Source of the DNA: Felis catus
Lineage: Eukaryota
Assembly: GCF_018350175.1 (NCBI RefSeq)
Contig: NC_058368.1
Coordinates: 147,810,001-147,874,000 of the forward strand
DNA length: 64,000 nucleotides
Direction: 5' to 3'
Shown: in pieces, positions 43,305-54,800 of the stretch
Numbering within the stretch: position 1 is the first letter of the stretch
Layout of the letters: each line of letters begins with the position of its first letter
Notes under the pieces: model-generated
Databases searched by the model: none
What the model was told of the DNA's origin: nothing
The model's input: the letters and a program-made list of their open reading frames with translations, nothing else
Made by a program: the position numbers and the translations under genes

Positions 43305-43758
43305 AATGTTTATTTATTGGGGTACCTGGGTGGCTTAGTTGGTTAAGCATTCAACTTCAGCTCAGGTCATGATCTCATAGTTAATGGGTTCGTGCCCCAC
43401 ATTGGGCTCCGTGCTGACAGCTCAGAGCCTGAAGCCTGCTTCAGATTCTGTCTCACCCTCTCTCTGCCCCTCCTCCGTTCACGCTCTCTCTCTGTCTCTC
43501 TCTCTCTCCTTCTCTCTCTCTCTAAAAAAATAAACATTTAAAACAGTTTTAAATGTTTATTGATTTATTTATTTTGAGAGAGAGAGAAAGAAAGTGCAAG
43601 CAGGAAAGGGGCAGAGAGAGAAGGAGAGAGAATCCCAAGCAAGCTCCATGCTAACAACACAGAGCCCTACGCGGGGATCAAAACCATGAACTGTAAGAAC
43701 ATGACCTCTGCCGAAACCAAGAATTGGATGCTTAACCCACTGAGCCACGCAGGTACCC
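43305..43758 (-). mobile_element. Can-SINE (host of a nested SINE)
   Basis: Antisense SINEC with perfect 14-bp TSD tgaacttcatttta (43291-43304 / 43759-43772). Confidence 0.93.
43319..43550 (+). mobile_element. Can-SINE nested in the tail of the antisense SINE
   Basis: Full SINEC with TSD aaatgtttatt(t/g)att (43304-43318 / 43551-43565). Confidence 0.93.
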
Positions 43759-46331
43759 TGAACTTCATTTTAGAGTATACAAGTATGACTATTCCAGGTG
43801 ATGGACAACTATTCTCTGAGAAGCTTTCGTGATCCTGATCTAAACGTACTTTCTGACTGGTTGAAAAACGAATGCCACAACACTTATTCTCCACGAAATT
43901 GCTTTGACATTGTTGGTCATCTCAAACAGTCCAAACTTGATAGCCATTACAAATATTACAAGATGTTCTTTTCATCTTGAGAAGTAAATCTGAACATAGT
44001 GAAAAATCATTGAAGGAAGAAAACAAAGTGGAATAGGAAAATGTAAAAAAGAACCAATAAGAAAATATATCAAACGCTGCTTCTCACATGCTGATGATAG
44101 CTTACTCTGACAAAAAATTTAGATAAGTTTTTATGCATCCCTTGTTCTTAGAGTCTTATGTAAACTTCATTTGCATTATTTTTTTCTGACAAAATTACAA
44201 ATATGGTTGAAAAACCCAACAAATATATATGTAAATGACAGATAAAAAGCTGAAATTTAACACAGTAGTCACTTAACAGGACTACCATATGTCTGAACAT
44301 TCATTATGTAGAAAAAACAGTGCGTGAGATTTTGCCTGAGAGACAAATAGATCACATCATATCCTGAAAAACAACATTTAAATGAATTGGAATTATTTTG
44401 AATGTTCCAAAAGCAATAAACTTTTCAGAGAGGTGGGAACTTAGTTTGGAATCTACCACAGCTTATGAATGATGATAGAAACACTATATAGAGGATATAC
44501 ATTTTGCAGAACCCCAATATTCTGATGATCTTGCTTTGCTAAACTCAAGATAACTTCTGAGAGAACAGTATACCGGGAGCTATTACGAGCAGTTATCATA
44601 AATGTAAAATGATAAGTATTAAAGAAAAGATACTTATTCATATATCAATGAAAAAGAATTACTAAAAAATAATCTGGAGAAGTAAAAAGGAATTTTTTAA
44701 GTATAAAGTAGTATTTTAAAAATTCTTACAAGGCTTTCTGCACATTTCATCAAAAGTGCATACCCACTGGATTAAAAAGAAAAAAATCTACCCTGTATAA
44801 ATTATGAGTGAGGCACTTGCTTTTACTTGATGCAATGGATATACAAGGTGCAAAACAGCTGTTTTCTATCGCTCAACTTTGAAACTAATAAGGACAGGAA
44901 AAAACATATTATTCTTATTGTTATATAAATTGAGAAAGAAAGCTAAATTATATATATTTTGACATTTTTATGTTTTCCTAACCTTAATATTTGTGCTGAT
45001 ATTTAAAAGTCTATAAACCTATTTTTGCAAAATATAAAGCTATTTAGGGGTTTGCAGAGAATGTTAGGATACACCATAGATCAGACAACAAGGTTGCACT
45101 TAAATTTTTTTGAAGCTGTAATACCAATGAACTTGAAGCTGTGACTCAAAGGTACTAGGTGGTAAGTGGCCTCTAAACTAAATTTAAAAGCATAACAAAT
45201 GGGTTTTGACAGAGCTGATTTAGGATATTTCCACATGGTAAATCTCCACTTTTCAATCTAACTAAAAATGTGACCCAACAGATGTTGAGGCTCCTATTGT
45301 TGTTGAATGTGGTATCACCAGCCACATCTTTAAACTTTTAACAGCATTTCAAGTCACTGCACAGGATATAGGGCCTGATAAACTGACCGTAGTTAGGTAC
45401 TAAAAAAGAGAAAAGTAGAGATAAAAAATTGAAGAGGCTGTAAATTATAAGCCATTCTATCATCAGATACCCTTAGAGCTAACTTTGACACTGATGGAAA
45501 ATGAAGTTAAAAGAATGACAGAAGTGTCATATTGTTGTTAGGAAAATGCATGCATTTCTTTATTAAACATACCAGATGTCTAACCCTTTCTGCCACATGT
45601 CAGAACACAATAAAGGAAGATCATAGCTGTCGTCTATGTAGTCCCTAATTTATTCTTTTCTTCCAGATGTATCTTTTTGATCATGTAATTTATTGAAGCA
45701 CTGGATAAATCACAAAATATACATTAAAAACAAAAATATCTATTAAAATATATATTTGCCATATAAAAATAGCATAAAATTTAAAATACATAGCTATTAT
45801 ACATTTTACCCTCACACATTTTTACCCATAAATTATTATAATATTTATAGCATATAAGTCTATACTAATTTAATATCATTTAAAATATATGTGAATAAGG
45901 AGTAATTTATACCTAAGGAAATTATCTACACCACTCTTTTAAGAACCAAATATATTGCCTTGTAAACGGCAATGTCAAAGTCAAAGTATAATGTTATTTT
46001 TTAAAATATTTTTGTAAGGATTTTTTTGTGCACCACAAGCCAAACTACCTGAAGATGAAAAGTACACTTTTGACCAAAATATCCCTTCCATTTTGTAAAC
46101 ATTCAAGGGGTGATAGAGAATAAAGGGTAATGGGTGCATTTTGATTTACTGTTTTTAAGAGATGGATAGCATCTCCAAGGTAAAATCTGCCAGATTAGAG
46201 GTGATCTAATACATCTAATTATCTTGTAGCCTTGCCTCACCAGACTTTGTTGTTGTGTGTCCTATGGAGAGAGAAAAGGCACAACCATGAAGGATAATTC
46301 AGCTAGCGGTAGACTGTCTTCATTACAAGTA

Positions 46332-46550
46332 CAGTAAAACCTGGGATTGCGAGTTAACTTGTTCTGTGAGTGTTCCACAAGGTGAGCAAACATTTCTAGT
46401 AAATTATAACTTGATGAATGAGTGATGTCTTCCAATATGAGTAGTATGTCACATGATCACAACTGAGCTAATGGTTCTTGATATTTGCTGTGATACACAA
46501 GTGCTTTGGACTACAATCATGTTTTCAGAATGCAAACCAAGGTTTTACTG
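46332..46550. mobile_element. Tigger-type MITE
   Basis: Terminal inverted repeats cagtaaaacct...aggttttactg flanked by TA on both sides. Confidence 0.88.
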
Positions 46551-47734
46551 TATATAAAATGAAAGTACCTGAATTTTCCCTTATTCATAATCCCTGAATT
46601 ATCCCTTATTACCTATTCTGAGACACAGCCACAACAACAACTGCAATTACTGAGAAAGATTAACTATATTTTCCTGCTCATTTGAGTGGACTCCCAATTC
46701 TGTCCTGTGGGCTGTCATGTAAAAATCCCAGCAGATTCTGTGTCTAAGTGAAATGTTCTATTCACTATAATGATAGAGATGGACCACTTCTTCCTCCCTG
46801 ATGATTTGAAATTGCAGGAGCTACTAAATTATTATTATTTTTTAATGGTCTTATTTATCTCCAGTATGGGGACAAAATAAAGCCTAATACAAACCAATCA
46901 TCGATAGCCTGTAAGTCGAAAAAAAAAAAAGATGATTTATAAGCTTCAATTTGCAAAATATGACAGTAATCATTACTTTAGGTTAAGCTCAACTATAAAG
47001 GATTGTGTAGGAAATGGGGGAGTGCCTGAAAGAGAAAATTTATGAGTAAGTGTTGAAATTGAATTAAATGTAGACATTTAACTCCCCAGGCTTGTCACCC
47101 ACAGATTTCATCAAAAATATTGTATTGAATGTTCTTCAGAAAGAATGAAACTTGGTCTGAGATTTATAAAGCAATGAAGAGCAGAAAGGCATTGGTGAGT
47201 ACGTGAGAATACCTAAACAAATACTGACTAAATAAAACAAAATAAATAATGCCATGTAGCATTAAATACAATGTAAAACTCACATATGTAATGACTAGTA
47301 TATAAATCAAATGGGATCGCAATCGAAATTCAGTCCCTTGCATTTCAAGATGGAGGATTAAAGAATAAGTGACTTTAGATTTTAAACATAATAAGAGGGG
47401 ACAGGACTAAATGATAAACTGACATTTGAAGTTTGAACATTTAAAATTTTCTATGGTAATCAATAAATGAAGCTCCCAATGTAACTGAAGAAAACTATAG
47501 AATATTAAAATTCCTCAATGTACAATGAGGCAGGAGTAGAGAAAATAAATGCATAGAAAGGCAGAGTACATGGGAAGCACATAAAAGTGATGGCATAAAT
47601 CCAAACATTATAAAAATAAAAATGCTTTTCTCACAAAAAAAAATGGAAAGAATAAAAAATAAAAATCCAGTGTTGTATTATTTACCAAAATCATATTAAA
47701 ATGAGAATAAAAAAAATAAAAGTAAAATGATAGA

Positions 47735-47925
47735 GTGGATACCTGCATGGCTCAGTCAGTTGAGTGGCAGAATCTTGATTTTAGTTCAAATCATGATCCC
47801 AGGGTCCTGGGATTGAACCCTGTGTTGGGCTCCACACTGAGGGTGAAGCCTGCTTGAGATTCTCTCTCTCTCCCTCTCTCCCTCTGCCCCTCTCTTCCAC
47901 TGGCTCTCTCTCCTTCTCAAATTGA

Positions 47926-47970
<45 letters not shown>
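47735..47970 (+). mobile_element. Can-SINE (older subfamily) with an (AAT)n tail
   Basis: acctgcatggctcagtcagttgag... body, CT tract, then an AAT run at 47927-47970. Confidence 0.88.
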
Positions 47971-47971
<1 letters not shown>

Positions 47972-48059
47972 TTAAGAAATGAAATAAAATAGAAAAAGTT
48001 ATGCCAAACTAAAGCTTACCAAAAGAAATAATGATAAAATGTTCTTTACATATTTCACT

Positions 48060-48532
48060 AGAAATAAGGAGGATGTGCTTGAACCTAGCTTGTTTTCCTT
48101 GGATCCACTCGTCAGTCTCCCTGGCCGTATCCATTGATACAGGGTTCTGGCCCTTGCAGGCTCTGTGTCACCTGATCAGGAGTGGCAGTGGCAGGAGACT
48201 GACGTGGGCAGGAAGGGAAGAGTAGAGTGTTGAAACTGTCTCTCTGTGCATTAGGCTGTGTCTACCCCAGGGGCCCCATTTTCCCTGTAGTTGAAGCACT
48301 GTATGGACAGATCCAACCTGGCTCCTGGGGCTCAGGTAACTCCAGCTCCTGCCTTCTTGCCTCCAGTCTAAGTATGGTAGAGGCTTCCTTCTTGTTGTTA
48401 ATTCCTAGGCTGTCTTAACACTTCCTGTTGGCCTCTCAACTCCCCTGTGAAAGTTCATTCTTGGTTTTCAATTCGCTCTCTTTGAACCACTTTGTGTGGT
48501 TTCTGTTTTCCTGACTGGACTTTGACTTCATA
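48060..48532 (+). mobile_element. ERVL-class solo LTR (LTR33/LTR41-like), degraded
   Basis: GC-richer block ending tgtgtggtttctgttttcctgactggactttgacttcata, the typical ERVL LTR 3' end. Confidence 0.6.
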
Positions 48533-48685
48533 GTAGAGATCATCATATGATGTTGCGATTTTTTTTTTCATCAGAAATGTGTAATGATTTCAATTTGGTA
48601 CCACAACTTCAAGAGATACAACACAGACAAAAAAATGACAGAATTACAAATAGAATTAGGTAACAACCATCACACCAGGAGATTT

Positions 48686-48894
48686 TTTCTTAATGTTCAT
48701 TTATTTTTGAGAGAGACAGAGAGACAGAGTGCAAGCAGAGGAGTGACAGAGAGAGTGTGAGACACAGAATGTGAAGCAGGCTCCAGGTTTCAAGCTGTCA
48801 GCCCAGAGTCAGTGTAGGGCTCGAACTCACAAACTATGAGATCATGACCTGAGCCAAAGCTGGATGCTAACCGACTGAGCCACCCAGGTGCCCC
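48686..48894 (-). mobile_element. Can-SINE
   Basis: Antisense SINEC with TSD acac(c/t)aggagattt. Confidence 0.93.
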
Positions 48895-51800
48895 GACACT
48901 AGGAGATTTAACACACCCCAAGCAAAATTTCTCCTCATCTACACCATTCTCCTAAACTTATTAGCTATGAATTCCTACCTCTAGGCAAACTTTATATAAG
49001 GCATCAAATGAAAAACAACTCTTGGGTGCACAATTTTCATTTGTGCTACCCATCCTCATTCTCTGTGAGCACATCTGGAATACCCACTATGTACTAGTAC
49101 TGCACACATGGGGGGGGGGGCATGAGGATGTCTAATTCTGTGGGAATTCAATCAACTCACATCAGTATGAAACAGAAAAAGTATGATGATAAGGACATGT
49201 GTAAAAGTGCCATAGGAGAGAAATTGCTTGTGAAGAAAATTAAAACTAGGCCTTGAAGAATAAAAAGAATTTGTGAGGAGAAAATGTCAAAAGCATATTA
49301 ATGTTTTTCTTGATATATCCAATTTTGCTCATACATTTAGCATGCCAGCTACAATTTCTGGTACCGAGCATAAATAGTGTAAAAATAGAACAGCTACCCT
49401 ATGGAGCTCATAGTCCACTGGTAAACCTGAGAAGACTCAGGACAGACCTGCTGTCCAGGCAGCAGGAGGGAAAGCCAAGGAGAGTTTCCTAAAGGAGGGG
49501 AAGGAAATATAAGGATTTTGAAAAACAAAGAAGGTTGTATATCAGGAGCATGAGAACACTGGCCTTGGGGAACAAGGATGGGGAATGACACTGTTTCAGG
49601 AGGTGAGAAAATACTTCTGTAAAGGAAAACATCTTTTACTCTCCCTTAAAAAAAAAGTCCCCTCTGTAGTCCACCACTCTTGCAAACTGAATCCCTGTTA
49701 ACAAAAGATTTCCTAGCATGACGTTTCTGTAACTGCAACTCCCAAGTCAGCCTATTTTAAACATGGGGATGTTCTCAAAGGAGGTGAGACAAAGATTATA
49801 CTTTGTATTTGAACTCTGTCTGGAGAACTGTCATTCAGGAAGACATCTTTCCACTTTAACAAGTCTTTTTGGATTTTGGTTCCCTTAGTATCCCTTAAAG
49901 TAAAAAGGAAAGAAAGTAAATTTCCTAAAGCCCAGAAATATCAGTTGTTAGTTTAAGGCAACTTTGTTTACTAATAGCTCTAGAAGAAACTGTGAAGCAA
50001 GGAAAGATATAAAAACTTTATCTCTTTTAGGTAGAATGTTTTCCCTATTTTATTTTTCTTTCCCTAATTTTCCCTCAGATCGTCAAGTGTTTCTTCAGCT
50101 CCCATACAGTACGTGAGTTGCTGTTTGGGAAATGGTACAGATTATGTACTAAACTCAAAATTGACAAACTGAATACTAAAGCCTTTCGAGTCGTAACACA
50201 AGGAAAGACGTTTTGTAAAATTTCAGGCAGCATTTTTGGTTGGTCTGGTGTTCTATATATATCATAACAGAGAAGTGGGAAGGGATAAAGCCCTCTTATG
50301 GGGTAAATTATGTTCCTTTTCCCAACAATAATTTTACCCCTTCCCTGAAATCTTATCAGGGAAAGGACCTCCTTCCAATAAGAGAGCCAGAAAAACCCTC
50401 TTGTCACAATTTTGTTCTCATTTACTGTTTCCTTTTGCATTGAATTTTGATGCTATTCTAAATCCCTAAATATCCTAAAATCAAAATATTGAATCCTGAA
50501 TACCCTATAATCTTCATAGAAGTAGGCTACAAATTCTAAGTGCAGAGAAGCACTATTCAAAATTGGAATAGAGGACCTCACAATTTCTGAAAAATATAAA
50601 GTTTTAGAAATCAAGTGTACCCGTTAGTACCACTGGCAATCAATGGCCCAATTCGCTAACACAGTTATCTACAACTGAGATGGATATTTGATTTTTGAAA
50701 AGTTATTGTTTTGGATTTTGCTTATTCTGTTCCACCTTAAAACACATCTGTATATTGCTAAATTAATCCCTTCTACAATTAATTTAACATTTAAAAGAAC
50801 AAAGGCATTAAAAAGTTTTAGCTATATTTTCATACATGTTCCTAGAGTTATCCTTGTATTAAAAATTTCACAGATGTCAGATTACTCAAAAAAAATCCAA
50901 CATTACCAAAGCAGTAGCATTTATTATTTAAACTAATACCTTTCAACATGCCCGCAAACTCCCAGACCTGCAAATATTACTCCCTAGAGAGAACTTATCA
51001 ATCATACCTTTTATGAAAAGCTGTATCACTGTGCTATATTGCATTTCCTTTATACTTCACAAGAAATAGTTTTACTCAAATAGTAAGCTTAAAAATTATT
51101 TTGTAGTTTTCCCCAGAATCTTGACATTTCAAGTTTTTGAGGCTCCTGTGTTTTTTAATCTGACCTTTTCTACCTAAATATCATATTTTTGCATTGCATT
51201 TTGATAACTCAATAACATTTTTAAATGAACATTGTGTGCTTTCGACTTGAAAGTATACAGAACAACATGGAAGGGTAAGTTCCATTTTTTAATTTAAATT
51301 ATTTTCATGGCTTTGAGCAAACTTTAACCTTTAAAACAGCCCGGGTACAATTCTGATTAACATCTCCACTATTTAGCCTGGTGATTTAGCAGTGATGAAC
51401 TCTTTCCCCTATGGCAGTGGTAAACAAACTTTTCTTATCTGAACCAATTGAGAAAAAAAAAATATTTCCATGCCACACATCCTTTCATTCAACATGGAAA
51501 CATTATTATTGATTTCCATGATGCAGGAATGGAGAAACTGTCTAAGTGAATGCATTCAAGAATATCAACAAGACAATCAACCTTTTATTAGACAGTAAAA
51601 TATTAATATACATGACTATTTGTGAATTTTCAGCATGAGTGCTTATCCCCAATACTTATATAGTACTTTAGAGTTCCAAGAGAATATTCATATACCTTAT
51701 ATTACCAGAAAAAAGTATGAGTTAGGCGTTATTACATTACTTTGAATTAATAAATTCAGAGCCATGAAGTATGTTGCCTATTCTCACAGGAAAAATTAAC

Positions 51801-54800
51801 TCTGATTATAGTCTTGGAGTCACGTTTTTATATTCCATGATTTATTAATTCTGATGTACCCTAGATATTCTACCACTAAAGAATAAGCCTTTTTATCATA
51901 AACAAAGAAGGCATTTTTAAGAACGTCTATGTTGTGTGACTACAGAAACCTAGGGTTTTATTGGGTTCTAGTTCCTAAGTATATCTGGACCACAGGCTTC
52001 CAGTCACTAGCAAAAGGGTTCTGGTTTGTGATCCAGCTCCTGAAGATCACCTAGTTACTTGTTCTCTCAGCCTGCCACCAGTCTGCCCATAATTCTCCAC
52101 TCCAAACACAAGAGCAGATTTCTCCCTTAATACTACAAAACTCTGCTTAGTCCAAGCTGTAACTCTCAACTAAACTTTAGTGAAAGCTTGGAGATAGCAG
52201 GACGAAATTACAACTCAGAAAAGAAAATGTTAGCACCAGACAAGGGCCATAAATTCTCCTGGATACCACAAAGGATGAGACTTTACAGGGTAAGTCTTTC
52301 TGGCTCTCTCTTGCCTTATTGTCCATTCTCCTGCTGTCAGATGGCAGGGGCCAGTTTATCTCCCTCAATGGTGACATGTTGAACCTGACTTCTACCTTAG
52401 CCTTCTCTAGATTGCTGCACTGACAGAGGGAGAGGTTAGTTTCTATTTCCCTGCTCTTGCCTATGTCCATTCAAAATCTTAATAAACTTTAGAAATGCAA
52501 AAAATCAAGAACTAAGACAAACTTTCAAATCAATGTGCAGAATAGTTTGGCTTGATATACTCCATAACAACTTGTAATTTGTTTTTTTTTTTCCTTTTGC
52601 AAAAAAAAAAAGCTGAATTAATATCTTCTATTAATTCAAAAAAACAGTTTTTGCTTAAAATAAAGATTAGAAACTACTACTTACAACCTTACAACAGTTT
52701 CCCCCCCTTCTTTGTCTTCGTGGTAAAGACTGACAGCTTATCACCAAATTCATTCCCTTCGTTTTGGCCATACTTCCCGGCCTCCTTTGCACTTATGTGT
52801 GCCATATTAGCCAAAAGACTGTAAGAGTAAAACAAAGCACTTTTCGGCCATACCCATAAAAATCTTTTGTGCCTCATCATTCATGCTTTTCCCTTTTGCA
52901 GTTTCAGGCAGAGGAGTATGGCAACCTTGGAAGCTACATATCGAAGGTGGCAAAGCCACAGACAGCAGCCAGCTCTCTCTTATTATGTATTGAATTGGCA
53001 AAGCCACAGACAACATCCAGGTCTGTCAGTCATCACTTGGAGGAGATCTCCTATCAGGGCAAGGGCACTGGACTATTCGGTAAAAATAGTTTTCTTGTTT
53101 TAAGATATAAAGTTTTTTAAAATAACATCATATTTCCTTACCTAATGCATCTCTCTTCTACCCTATTAAGTTTGAAAAAAAAGTGGTTGTTTTTCAAAAT
53201 ATGTTTTATAGCTTTATGTTCTGGATTCTTTGGCAGAGAAGCAAGAGCAACGATGAAAGCAATAATGGCTCCAGTCCTTCCTGAATCTTCCTTTACTGGT
53301 TGTTGGAGGTTCTCTCTTTGCTGGGCTTTAGGAGAGCTGGATGTGAGGCAACCCCAAACTGTATCAGTGCTGCCAGTTTACCTACTCTGTGCCTACAACA
53401 CCTGGCTTAGTGTAAGCACTTACTACTCACAGGAAACCATGACAGATTATGGATTTTAGTTCCCACATTTTTGGCCTTTGTCTTAACATCCCCACTGGAC
53501 ATTCTCCCCTGTAATCTCCAGTTTCTTCCTCAAATTCTGCCTCTTTCTCATGAGTATGCTTCAGAAGATGTTTCCTTTCAGTTTTATTGCTTCCTAGTTG
53601 CTAAAAATCTGCATTTGACAGATCTTAGGATTCTATTCAAAAGCAACATGCACCCCCCCCCCAAAAAAAAAACAAAAACTCCAACCCTACTTCACTGTGA
53701 TACTCTTTAAAAGGAAGAAAAGCAATGCACCTTGCCCTAAATTGCATTACCTGAAATTGTATAATAAGGAACATCTAAAACCCCACCCCTTCATTTCTGA
53801 TAAAAGATGAGGATGCCCTGGTTAAGGAACAAAGATAAAGTAAAGGCACATTGGCAGGGGGTTTGGGATCACACCTTAAATGGGCAAAGTGCCCAAAACT
53901 ACTAAGGCTGGAGACCTGAGAGATGCCTACCACTCTGTGAACAACAACAACTGACACCGTTGATCCGGTTACTCTCTCAAGCTCTCAGGCTTTTCCTTAT
54001 TAACCCCAAACCCTCTCAAAAGAAGTTCTTACCTGGTTGCTTTATTTGTTGACTACTTACCTACTTCTTAACTACTTAATTAACTTATGAAAATTATGTG
54101 AAGAGTCACAAATTCTGTGGAACACTGCAGTGGTTAAGAAATGGACTTTGAAGTCCTAAAGATGTGTATTTGAATCCAGATCCTCCTATTTAACCAAGGA
54201 CTAAAAATGTTGCTTGATCTCACTAAGTTGCTGTTTTTCACCACCAAAACGTATATGAGAGTATTCAACTCATATGGTTATTATGATCGTTAAGTGAGGT
54301 GAATGAAGGTGAAGTACTTGCTAAAATTATTGATGTGGGTAAATAATAAATGGTATTGTTAATCACTGAATCTAATCTCTCTCATCAGTCTTTTTCCTCT
54401 TGACCTATCAGAAACATTCAACAATAGTGAATTCCATGAGAATGTCCCCTTCTTTGGGCATCATTAGTATATACCTCCTCCTGAATGGGAACCACTCTTT
54501 ATTGTGACATTCAATATATCCTGTCAGCCATACTTAGCTGTAGTTTTTCAATATTATTTCAAAAAAAAAAAAAACACTCTTCATGAACTTTCACTCCACT
54601 CCAATGAAATTTGGATTAATCCTCCAGATATACATCTCAAATTCTGGATTTTTCCAACTCTTCATTCTAGTTCTTCTGTTTGCAATTACTTGCTAAGCCA
54701 CCATTGCTGCATTTTCCATAATCTGAGGGGAATTCCTATACATTTTAGAAGCCTAGAGTTTCATAGAAAATATTATGATTTATTTATCATGGTCTAAAGT

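Larger units (their letters stand above)
42830..45620 (+). other. endogenous viral element: decayed orthomyxovirus-like (Articulavirales) PB1 RNA-dependent RNA polymerase gene, interrupted by MLT1 and SINEs
   Basis: Collinear PB1-like blocks read across stops and frameshifts: TMVKNMEK 42911; LRSF/VILI*T 43816; FDIVGHLKQSKL 43903; IEG..TKWN 44009; ENISNAASHMLMIAY 44061; FSDKITNM 44182; GT*FGIYHSL 44436; QYSDDLALL 44515; YHKCKMISI 44594; EF/LS 44690; CIPTG 44757; MDIQGAKQLFSIAQ 44835; *GF...KVALKF 45045; GITSHIFK 45311. Outer boundaries uncertain. Confidence 0.78.

Noticed and set aside
43798..43980. 60-aa ORF as a functional small protein
   Set aside because: It is a surviving piece of the decayed viral frame, bounded by a SINE and by stops; nothing indicates expression.
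44083..44105. HADD in one frame (CFSHADDSLL), resembling a reverse-transcriptase YADD motif
   Set aside because: No upstream QG/SP or KAFD motifs. A different frame over the same bases fits the PB1 motif A helix within a long collinear series.
44335..44520. Short words shared with bornavirus L protein (PERQI, EPQY)
   Set aside because: Spacing is inconsistent with bornavirus L, and the catalytic motif here is SDD rather than the mononegaviral GDN.
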